Below, one piece after another: positions 27,155-35,500 of a stretch of DNA of 50,656 nt (position 1 is the stretch's first letter; every line of letters begins with the position of its first letter). Below the pieces are notes generated by a model, which was not told the DNA's origin, searched no databases, and saw nothing but the letters and a program-made list of their open reading frames with translations. This stretch comes from a virus (Duplodnaviria; Caudoviricetes), in IMG/VR virus record IMGVR_UViG_3300031857_000291, positions 1 to 50,656 of that record. The stretch is one strand, 5' to 3'. Position numbers and translations under genes: made by a program.

Positions 27155-28122
27155 TTCACACCATAACTGCCAGAAACGTGAACACCGCGTTTGCTGACGC
27201 TTGGCACTACCTGCGGGTGTCCGGCGTAAAGGAGAACAGCCGTAACGGCCCCGTGCTGGTGGCTCCCGGTCCGGTAGTGACTACCTATCTGCACCCCCAG
27301 CAGCGGGTATTGTTCAACCCCCAGCGGGATGCCAACGCCGTATTCCATTTGATGGAGGCCCTGTGGATGCTCGCTGGTGAGAGCGACGTACAGTGGCTCA
27401 AGCAGTTCAGCAGCAACATCGCCACCTATGCGGAGCCTGACGGACACATTCACGGCGCGTACGGGGCCCGCTGGCGTAACTGGTTTGTTGACGGCGAGTA
27501 CGACCAGCTACACGTGATTATTGAAATGCTGCGACGCGACCCCACCACCCGGCAAGCCGTACTCCAAATGTGGGATCCCGGCAGTGACCTCGAGGGCGAC
27601 TGGCGGGACCGCCCCTGCAACACCGCCGTGTACTTTGATGGACGCGGGGGCCGCTTGAACATGACGGTTACCTGCCGTAGCAATGACATTCTCTGGGGCT
27701 GCTACGGAGCCAACGCCGTACACTTCAGCGTGTTGCAGGAGGTGGTGGCACATGGCGCGGATCTGCCGCTGGGGGTGTACAGGCAGTTCAGCAACAACTG
27801 GCACGCCTACACGGGTAATCCGATGGTGCAGCAGTTTCTAGACATGCCCCCGTTTGAGGAGCATGACTATTACCGTGAAAGTACCGTAGCTCTGCCCCTG
27901 CTGCAACCCGGCGAGCGTTACCAAGACTTCTTGCTCGACTGCGAGAATTTGGTGAGTAGCTACAGCACAATGAAAACTGAGTTTATGCAGCGGGTTGCCC
28001 TACCCCTGCGTGACGCTTACCTCGCCCGCAGGGAGGGGGAAGCAATCAACTGGCGTGAGTTGCCTGAGTGTGACTGGACGCTGGCATTTTGTGACTGGTG
28101 CAATAGAAGAGGAACCAAATGA
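27151..28122 (+). CDS. Thymidylate synthase homologue, probable dUMP hydroxymethylase
   Basis: SRNG, EALWMLAG, GAYG.RW, RQAV, catalytic PCN, RSND.LWG.YGAN and H.Y. Confidence 0.8.
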   Translation: MIHTITARNVNTAFADAWHYLRVSGVKENSRNGPVLVAPGPVVTTYLHPQQRVLFNPQRDANAVFHLMEALWMLAGESDVQWLKQFSSNIATYAEPDGHIHGAYGARWRNWFVDGEYDQLHVIIEMLRRDPTTRQAVLQMWDPGSDLEGDWRDRPCNTAVYFDGRGGRLNMTVTCRSNDILWGCYGANAVHFSVLQEVVAHGADLPLGVYRQFSNNWHAYTGNPMVQQFLDMPPFEEHDYYRESTVALPLLQPGERYQDFLLDCENLVSSYSTMKTEFMQRVALPLRDAYLARREGEAINWRELPECDWTLAFCDWCNRRGTK

Positions 28123-28592
28123 GCAACGCTAATGAAGTGCAGGTAGGTGGCGACCATTACCGCCAAACAGGCGCAGCACTCCAGCACTGGGACTTGGCTG
28201 TCCACTTTAAGTGGGACCCATTCCAGTACCAAATCACCAAGTACGTGATGCGCTGGAAGTACAAGCACAGCACCCCTGCCGAGCGGTTGAAGGACTTGCA
28301 GAAAGCCGCGCACTTTCTGCAAAAGTACATTGAGGTCGTGGCAGAGTACGACCCCTCCGCCGCAGCGCCCGCAGCGCCGCCCGTGCCGCAGCCCGCCGTT
28401 ACCCCAAGGGCTGATGCTGCGCTTGCCCAGCTACTTAGCAATGCTGACTGGCAGGTGGAGGGCTACTTTGGTGACCTCACCCAGCACTACCGCTGCCGCC
28501 ATTGTGGGGAAATGGTACGCGCCCCAGACGCAGATGCTGCTACGCAGATGCACGGTAGCTGCGCCACTCCCCGCTACGTTGGGCAGGACTAA
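28119..28592 (+). CDS. DUF3310 protein (T7 gp1.7-like nucleotide kinase domain) with C-terminal Zn-ribbon
   Basis: QVGGDHY...KYVMRW..K...DLQKAAHF; CRHC. Confidence 0.75.
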   Translation: MSNANEVQVGGDHYRQTGAALQHWDLAVHFKWDPFQYQITKYVMRWKYKHSTPAERLKDLQKAAHFLQKYIEVVAEYDPSAAAPAAPPVPQPAVTPRADAALAQLLSNADWQVEGYFGDLTQHYRCRHCGEMVRAPDADAATQMHGSCATPRYVGQD

Positions 28593-28597
28593 CCACT

Positions 28598-28640
28598 TAG
28601 GGTAACCCCCTATTGGTTAGACTAGTCTGCCTGCCATACT
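28598..28640 (+). promoter_or_regulatory. Box-type promoter: TAGGGTAACCCCCTA-TTGGTT-N16-CATACT, upstream of the heptose genes
   Basis: Conserved box and spacing. Confidence 0.65.
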
Positions 28641-28675
28641 GCCACCACAACGCAACCCCGCCACCCTCCCTAAGC

Positions 28676-28960
28676 ATGAAAACCTACATCGTCTACCACA
28701 TGCGCAGACACATTCCCCCCGTGGGGAGTATCCACATTGCGGCTGACCGAATCGGCCATGTGCCTGGGCACTCCAGGCGGGGTGCGTTGCTCGTCGCCAA
28801 GCTGACATTCCCGTTACTTGGAAACAACCTTGCCGTAGGAGAAGATGAAAGTGATGACAAGTCTGATGGACGTGATACGCAAGCCTACGCCTTTGCGCAT
28901 CGCAACAGCGGCGCTAGAACAAGCCGAGAGGGACAGGCTAACCGCCGTCGAACAACGTGA
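28676..28960 (+). CDS. Hypothetical protein
   Basis: First ATG after the promoter; overlaps the next ORF and has a weak RBS. Confidence 0.35.
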   Translation: MKTYIVYHMRRHIPPVGSIHIAADRIGHVPGHSRRGALLVAKLTFPLLGNNLAVGEDESDDKSDGRDTQAYAFAHRNSGARTSREGQANRRRTT

Positions 28961-29075
28961 GTACTACGCAGCTATGGAGGAGATGCTGATTCGTCGCATC
29001 TCCCGCCTGCGCCGCGAAGTTGTGCAACTGACTCAGGAGGCTGAGAATGAGAAAAAAGATTCTAGTGGTGGGTGA
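28845..29075 (+). CDS. Hypothetical coiled-coil protein
   Basis: AGGAG RBS; overlaps the kinase start. Confidence 0.65.
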   Translation: MKVMTSLMDVIRKPTPLRIATAALEQAERDRLTAVEQREYYAAMEEMLIRRISRLRREVVQLTQEAENEKKDSSGG

Positions 29076-29943
29076 CTCCATGGAGGACGTGAGGCTGGAC
29101 TGCGAAGTGTCCCGCCTCTGCCCCGAGGCTCCGCTGCCCATCTACGACATTGACCAGCGCATCCACTACGCTGGGGGCGCTGCCAACGTGGCGTTGAACA
29201 TTGCCGCTATGGGCGGTGAGGTTACGCTGCTCACCGCAAAGGCAGAGCGCACCGAGCTTGACACGCTATACGCCAGTGGAATTGGCAGTGTGGTGACCAA
29301 AGTCACCACGGCCAACACGGTAAAGACCCGCGTGTTCACTGCTGGAGTGATGCGTGCCCGCATGGACGATGACTATATCCTCGATGAAGATGAGAGTGAG
29401 GATATGCTAGCCCTGTTTATTGATCAGATCAAGCACGCTGATGTTGTAGTGTTTAGCGACTACGGCAAGGGCGCTCTGCGTCACGTAGCCAATATGCTAG
29501 ACTACTGCACCGGCAAGCTGACGCTGGTGGACCCCAAGGGGGATAACTGGGCTAGGTATGAGAACGCCACGTACATCAAGGCCAACGCGGCCGAGTGTGC
29601 TGCGCTACAGCAATCTCCAGCAGAGCTTGCCAAGTGGCTGAACAACCGAGCCATTGTCCGCACTGCGGGGGCCGCCGGGTATGAAATCAACTACGTGGGC
29701 GATGAGTTCGGCAAGCTCTACCCTGCGCACAAGGTGGCTGCTGTGGACCCCACCGGGGCGGGGGACAGTTACCTCGCCGCTATGACGGTGGGCCTTGCCG
29801 CCGGACGCACCCTACAAGCCGCGTGCAGATTGGGCAGCATTGCCGGAGCCCTGGCAACCACCCACGTGGGGACAGCAGTAATCACTTCAACGGAGATTAA
29901 CGAGTGCTTGAAAGAACACTATCCGAGCATAGCGCCGCTGTAG
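29047..29943 (+). CDS. hldA: D-glycero-beta-D-manno-heptose-7-phosphate kinase (HldE/RfaE domain I, PfkB family)
   Basis: ILVVGD.M.D, SRLCPEAP.P, GGAANVALN, T.KTR, SDYGKG, LVDPKG and DPTGAGD. Confidence 0.85.
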   Translation: MRKKILVVGDSMEDVRLDCEVSRLCPEAPLPIYDIDQRIHYAGGAANVALNIAAMGGEVTLLTAKAERTELDTLYASGIGSVVTKVTTANTVKTRVFTAGVMRARMDDDYILDEDESEDMLALFIDQIKHADVVVFSDYGKGALRHVANMLDYCTGKLTLVDPKGDNWARYENATYIKANAAECAALQQSPAELAKWLNNRAIVRTAGAAGYEINYVGDEFGKLYPAHKVAAVDPTGAGDSYLAAMTVGLAAGRTLQAACRLGSIAGALATTHVGTAVITSTEINECLKEHYPSIAPL

Positions 29944-30473
29944 AAAGCCTGCGGGCGCAGTGGACGCTGCTTAAGAGCATGGCGCACATGCTTGCTGGCT
30001 GCATCAACCGTGGGGGCACCATCTACCTCTGCGGTAATGGGGGCAGCGCGGCGGACTGTCAGCACCTAGCGGCTGAGCTGGTGGGGCGCTTCCAGCGGCC
30101 ACGGCTGGGGTTCCGCGCCGTAGCGCTGACAACTGACACCTCAATACTCACTGCCGTGGGCAACGACTATGGTTTTGAGCATGTGTTTAGCCGTCAGGTA
30201 CGGGCGCTGGCTCGGCCGGGGGACGTGCTTATGTGTATCAGCACCAGTGGCAACAGCGCCAACGTGGTGGAAGCAGCCCGCGCCGCCACCGAGCTCGGCG
30301 TGCCCACACTGGCGATGACTGGTAGAAACAAGAGCATGCTCAGCCGCGTAGCCGCCGCCACCCTGCACATTGACAGCGAGGTTACCGCCCGCGTGCAGGA
30401 AGCGCACATTGTTGCTGCGCACATTCTATGCGAGTTGATTGATGGGGGACTTGATGAAGAGAGTTTGGACTAA
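29904..30473 (+). CDS. gmhA: Sedoheptulose-7-phosphate (phosphoheptose) isomerase
   Basis: CGNGGSAADCQHLAAELVGRF, NDYGFEHVFSRQV, ISTSGNSANV and RVQEAH. Confidence 0.93.
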   Translation: MLERTLSEHSAAVESLRAQWTLLKSMAHMLAGCINRGGTIYLCGNGGSAADCQHLAAELVGRFQRPRLGFRAVALTTDTSILTAVGNDYGFEHVFSRQVRALARPGDVLMCISTSGNSANVVEAARAATELGVPTLAMTGRNKSMLSRVAAATLHIDSEVTARVQEAHIVAAHILCELIDGGLDEESLD

Positions 30474-30882
30474 CGGCTGCTTTGACCTGCTGCACGCGGG
30501 GCACGTTACCTTCTTGCAGCACGCGGCCTCCTTGGGAACGCTGACAGTGTTTCTCAACAGTGATGCAAGCATCTCAGCATTGAAGGGGGTGCATCGCCCC
30601 ATCACTCCCCTGGTGTACCGCCGCAAGATGCTAGAGGCACTCCGCTGCGTCACTCACGTGCATGTGTTTGATGGCCCCACCCCCGTTGAACTTTGGGCTA
30701 CACTAGGCACCGTGCCCGACATGTACGTCAAGGACAGCGAATGCGACATCGTACACTCAGCGGAAGGTCAGTGGATGCTGGAGCGGGGGGTGGCAATCAC
30801 CGCGCTGCCACGTCTACCCGGCATTAGCACCACACTAATCGAGCAGCGTATCCGTGCCGGAGTACCGAGCAGCGTTTCTTGA
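30454..30882 (+). CDS. hldC: Heptose-1-phosphate nucleotidyl(adenylyl)transferase (HldE/RfaE domain II)
   Basis: TNGCFDLLHAGH (HxGH), NSDASI..LKG..RP and GISTT. Confidence 0.87.
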   Translation: MKRVWTNGCFDLLHAGHVTFLQHAASLGTLTVFLNSDASISALKGVHRPITPLVYRRKMLEALRCVTHVHVFDGPTPVELWATLGTVPDMYVKDSECDIVHSAEGQWMLERGVAITALPRLPGISTTLIEQRIRAGVPSSVS

Positions 30883-31369
30883 CAGGGACGGAACCCTGAT
30901 AAAGGACGTCCCCTACATCAACGACCCCACGCAAGTCGAGCTACTGCCTGGGGTCGTTAGAGCTTTGCGTAACTTGATTGAGTGCGGCTACCTGTTGATT
31001 GTGGTTACCAACCAGAGTGGGATAGGACGCTGGCGCATCACTAAGCCGCAGTACGTGGCCGTTCAGCGGCGGATGCTAGACTTACTGGCGCAGCATGGGG
31101 TGTACATCACCGCTACGTACTACTGCCCCCACACGCCGGACGCTGGCTGCGCCTGCCGCAAACCCGGCACTGAGCTATTTGAGCGTGCCGCCCGAGACTT
31201 TGACATTGACTTGTCCCAAAGCCTAATGTTTGGAGACAAGGAGAGCGATATGGTGCCCTGTGTGGGCACTTGCATCCGGGTGCCAAAGGACGCGTCCTGG
31301 GCTGCGTGGTACCGCCCCCGCTACCCTAGCCCCACCCCACCTGTAAAAACGCAGCCCGGGGGCGTCTGA
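30854..31369 (+). CDS. gmhB: D,D-heptose-1,7-bisphosphate phosphatase (HAD)
   Basis: FLDRDGT, VVTNQSGIGR, YCPH....CACRKP and GDKESD. Confidence 0.9.
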   Translation: MPEYRAAFLDRDGTLIKDVPYINDPTQVELLPGVVRALRNLIECGYLLIVVTNQSGIGRWRITKPQYVAVQRRMLDLLAQHGVYITATYYCPHTPDAGCACRKPGTELFERAARDFDIDLSQSLMFGDKESDMVPCVGTCIRVPKDASWAAWYRPRYPSPTPPVKTQPGGV

Positions 31370-31400
31370 TAGCTCTGGCGGGGCACTACCTGCCGCGTGG

Positions 31401-31763
31401 CTAGTAGCTCCACACTGTGGGGGCGCTGCGCAGGTCCAGATGTACGAAGCGTCCGGAGCCCTTTTGCTGCACCCCGATACCCGTAAAGCCCAGGTGCATC
31501 GCCAGGCGAAGCAGCTCGTGGGCATCGGCGCCCTGCACGCCGACATCGCAGGCCAAGCCGGTAGAGTGCATCCCCGGCTCGGCCTTGGCCTTCTCCACCG
31601 GGTGATCCGGACAACGATAGCCCGAGGTAATCGTCATCGGCTTGCGGTAGACATCCCGCAGCGCCTGCAATCGACCCATAAACTCGGGCCGCATTTCCTG
31701 CTTGCCGCAGTGCCGGCAGCGGAACTCAGCTTCCGTGAAGTTGGGGTAGTCGGACCAGTTCAC
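31401..31763 (-). CDS. Endolysin, peptidase M15A family
   Basis: NF..AEFRC, ITSGYRC, HSTGLACD and FVHLD. Confidence 0.88.
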   Translation of the reverse strand: MNWSDYPNFTEAEFRCRHCGKQEMRPEFMGRLQALRDVYRKPMTITSGYRCPDHPVEKAKAEPGMHSTGLACDVGVQGADAHELLRLAMHLGFTGIGVQQKGSGRFVHLDLRSAPTVWSY

Positions 31764-32161
31764 TTGGTCACCCCCTTGAACTTCTCCATCGTCCTGTACC
31801 CTCCGATGCCAAGCAGGCCGGTGACTACAACCCATAAAAGGTCGATGTTCACGTCCGGGGGTTCCGGCCAGCCTTTAATCCTAGCCACCCACGTCAGCAC
31901 CGGCTGAACAATCGTGGCATAAGCAAAGCCTAAGCCGCCAGTCCACATAAACAGCGGTCGCCCCCCAGCCACAAACAGGCTTGGGTGTTGAGCCTCGCGG
32001 GCGTTGATCTCAAGCTGCGCGATGGTCTGCTTCAGCTCGCCTTCGGCGGCCATGCGGACCAATTCCATCTCCGCTTCGCGTTTCTTCTCCGGATCAGGGA
32101 TGAAACGGTCCAGCAGCGTTTTTCCGACCTCAAGGATCGGCCCGAGGATGAGTGGGTTCAT
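31760..32161 (-). CDS. Holin (3TM GTA-holin-like)
   Basis: IN.REAQHPSLFVAGGRP and GLLGIGGYRTMEKFKG; adjacent to the endolysin. Confidence 0.85.
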   Translation of the reverse strand: MNPLILGPILEVGKTLLDRFIPDPEKKREAEMELVRMAAEGELKQTIAQLEINAREAQHPSLFVAGGRPLFMWTGGLGFAYATIVQPVLTWVARIKGWPEPPDVNIDLLWVVVTGLLGIGGYRTMEKFKGVTK

Positions 32162-32526
32162 TTACGCGCCTCTGACTTGATGTGCTCCCACGCGGCCACG
32201 CACAGAAACACCACGATGGCCCATAGGCCAGCCGCCGTGACTTTCGAAAACGCATCGCTCTTGGCCTTGTCCCACCACGATGCGTTGGCAATGGCCTTCT
32301 CGTGGGCTAGACGGTGCCCGTGCGGATCGCCCCCGGGGAATGCCTCCGAGAACGTGTGCTTGAGCATGGCAAACTGCTTGTCCATGTGCGCAGTCAAATG
32401 CTGTTCGTGAGACTTGAGGGCCGCGCTGACGGTCTTCTCAATCATCAGTGCCACCTTGTCCTCGGTCAGGGCCGACTGGCGCCGTTCTGTGCCGCTGTAG
32501 TCCGTCATCGGGGAGAGCTCCATCAC
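32158..32526 (-). CDS. Membrane protein of the lysis cassette
   Basis: One C-terminal TM helix; FPGGDP.GHR.AHE motif. Confidence 0.6.
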   Translation of the reverse strand: MMELSPMTDYSGTERRQSALTEDKVALMIEKTVSAALKSHEQHLTAHMDKQFAMLKHTFSEAFPGGDPHGHRLAHEKAIANASWWDKAKSDAFSKVTAAGLWAIVVFLCVAAWEHIKSEARK

Positions 32527-35500
32527 TGTTCTTCGTCCGAATTGTACGTGGCAGCGCCGCCCGCCGCAACCGCCCCACCCATACTGAATAGTTGAGTGCG
32601 TTTGGACTTTTTGGGGTCAACGGGTACTTCCCACCAACTATGGCCCTTGTCGTCCTTAACCTGCCTGCCTCCGAGCGACTTGAGGTAGTTAGTAACCTCT
32701 TTCTTGTACCGATCGTAGATACCTTGGTGCTCGGGGTACTCGAACTTGTCGCTTGGCTTAACAAAGCGGCTGATCACACCCTCGCTAATGTTGGAAGTAC
32801 CCGAGTGACTCCAGATGGGGGGACCAATTTGTCTACCATTGACATCAATGGGCAGGCGTTCGGCTTCCCACATGCCGGTGTCGTCTACACGGACGTTGCC
32901 GGTATACTTCCAGTCGTTGGCGGTGCCTGCTCTGTTACCTGGAAGACGCGTACCGGCAAGAGCGGGATCCATGGCTTGGCCAGGGGTAATGTCTAGCTTA
33001 CGCTCCCACCCCTCTACGGCGGCAACGGTGTCAGCGTCTGCAAAACGGACCACGGGTGGTATAGGCTTGTACTGCTCAACCTCAAGAGCCCGCCGTGCAA
33101 ATTCCTCAGCGTCCTTCCTATGTGGGGCGGTAACGGCAGCTATCATTCTATCGGTGCGGTTGAACCCTTGCTCGACGTAGGAGTCCTCTACCTGCTTTAC
33201 GTACTTGAGCGCAGACTTTGCTCGGTTGCGCAGACTTTCGTACTCAGGGTTAAGCTGCGGCGTGGCGGCACGGCTCAGCTCCTCGCGGATCAAGCGGCGC
33301 TCCCAATTCTTGAACATGGGGCGCTGCGCGGTGGCTGCGCCACCTTCCGCCAACTTAGCGCTGTGCTCGCTGCCTAAAAGACTTAGTCGGTTGCTGATAT
33401 CCTTTAGCGACTCCTCCAGCGCCAAACGCAATCTGCCGAGATGGATATTCAGTAGTCCAGCCCCAGGTCTAGTCTGTGTCGTTGCAATGTACCGAAGCAA
33501 GTCGCCTTCATTGTCAAGAATAGCGCGAGAGCCAACTTCGTTCAACGCCTCCGGTGTTAGTTTGCTGGCAATGTCGTCCTCCAGCAGCATTAAGAAATCT
33601 GGATTGGCTTGTAGCAACTTGTCTTGATTTTGCAAAATGTCATTTGCCGCAGAGCTCGCCCATTCGATACTATTGCCTCCGCCACTTTTCGAAAGTATCG
33701 GATTTATTACAACTTCCTGCGCCACTACACTGTCGAAGGCGCTCTCCAACCGTGCGCGTTCCTCAGGCGCTAGCTCCTTGCCAGCTTTCTGCACGAGGTC
33801 AGACTGTAGCTCCACCACATGGGGGATGCCTGTTTCATCCTCAAACGCCCTGGTGTGGCCGAAGTAGTTGGGGTCACCGAAGTGATTGTTCGTTGCTGTA
33901 GGTGTGGGGCTGCGGTGAATAGTGGTACGTACGTTCTGTGCGTTGGGCTGACTCATGCCCCCAGTCCAGTCCGCTGGCGTAGCATCTCTACCAATGCTTT
34001 GCAGTCCGTAATCGGCAAAACTGTCAGTATCCTTGGGCGTAAGGCGGAAATCTTTGGTTTCCAGCCCCACCTCGCGCACGAGATTCTCAGCGGAGATGCT
34101 GTCGCCCTCAGTACGGGCAAGCACGCGCTCGAACACGTCACGCTCGGCTTTTGTAACCTCGGGGCGGCGGAGCTGGTCGCGTATCTCCTGCATGGGGATC
34201 ATCGCCCACTTACCGGGCAAGTTCTCCAGCGTGCGCAGGGTGGTGGGTTGGTCGGCTAGGGCCTCACGCAACGTCATCTGCGCAGGGGGCTCCATGCTGG
34301 CGCTGATGGCTGGGGTAGCAGACCTGCCGTACCGCCCGCCCGTCAACTCCTCAACGGTCTTAAGCGACTCAGGGGGCCTGTCCAACCCCATGAACTGCTC
34401 CCGCATGGGGAACATCTGCAACCGCTCCTCCGGGGTGAGGTCCAAACGCGTTTGCGTAAGGCGGGCACGGGTCTCGCCCACGTTGCTGAGGTACTGCTCG
34501 TAACGGCCAGTTTCGGTGGGTTCGGCGATTCTAGACTTTTGGTACGACTCCCTAATACGAGCCTGTGATGCGTCTACACGTTGCTTAAGAGAGTCTAGCG
34601 GCACATTCCTAACTATCCTAAGCGTAACGTCCCGCAGTATTCCGTCTTCCGCAAATGTGCTTTCATTTTCGGGGTTGTACCTCCCAGCAGCTCCAAAGTT
34701 TTCAGCTGTTCCGTAATAATTAGCCCTATCAACCACCTCATCAAGAGCCTGCTCGGGCGTCATGCCTGGACTATTGTCCATCAACTTACGGGCTTGGAGT
34801 GCTGTGGCATCAGCATCAAAGTTTACCTTATCTCCCTCAAGCCGGGTTTTCCAATACTCGCCCGCGTCCTTTATTGTATCGGTAGAAATGCCATAGTCCC
34901 TATCGGCACGGTAGTCTATACTGTGCTGGAGCTCATGAGCCATGATGCTGCGCCCGTAATCCTCGCCCGGGCGCATGTATTGCGTCTGTAGGCGGATAGC
35001 ATTCGCAGGGGCGTCCATGTGGCCGCCAGCGCCGCCGAGCTCAGACTTAGTGAGAAAATCCACCTGCATCTCAGCCAGTTCGGGGATGCGGTCAAACAGC
35101 TCGGGGTGCTCGACAACATCCTTCATCTTCAGCCCACGGATGGGGGCCATCAAGCTATTGTTGGCATTCTCCAGCGCGGCGTCAAGTTGCTCGACAGTCT
35201 TTTTCTGCGCAAGGTCCAGCGCCTTGGGGGATGGGTCCTGTCCCGTCTGCACGCGGATGGTACGTGCCGCATTGCCCATGCTGCCGCCACGCTCCAATAT
35301 CTCACGCACTTGTAGCGCAGACTCAATGTCTGAGATGCGCTGCACCACGGGCGCTCGCGCAGCCTGCACAGCTTGCAGGGCCTTGAACTTCATCTTGTCA
35401 TCGCTAAGTTCTACAGCCCAGCTACCATCAAGGTCTCTGAGCAAGCCAGTCTGCACCAGCACCTCATCGGGTGAGGCGCCCTTGGCTTCAAGCTCTTGTG

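Noticed and set aside
27151-28122. Ordinary thyA or dCMP hydroxymethylase
   Set aside because: The divergent sequence, Asn at the specificity position and neighbouring hypermodification genes favour a dUMP hydroxymethylase, although plain TS activity cannot be excluded without an assay.
29047-31369. Heptose genes as host chromosome or prophage flank
   Set aside because: Flanked by phage genes on both sides, tightly overlapping and preceded by the phage promoter box; no att site or integrase seen.
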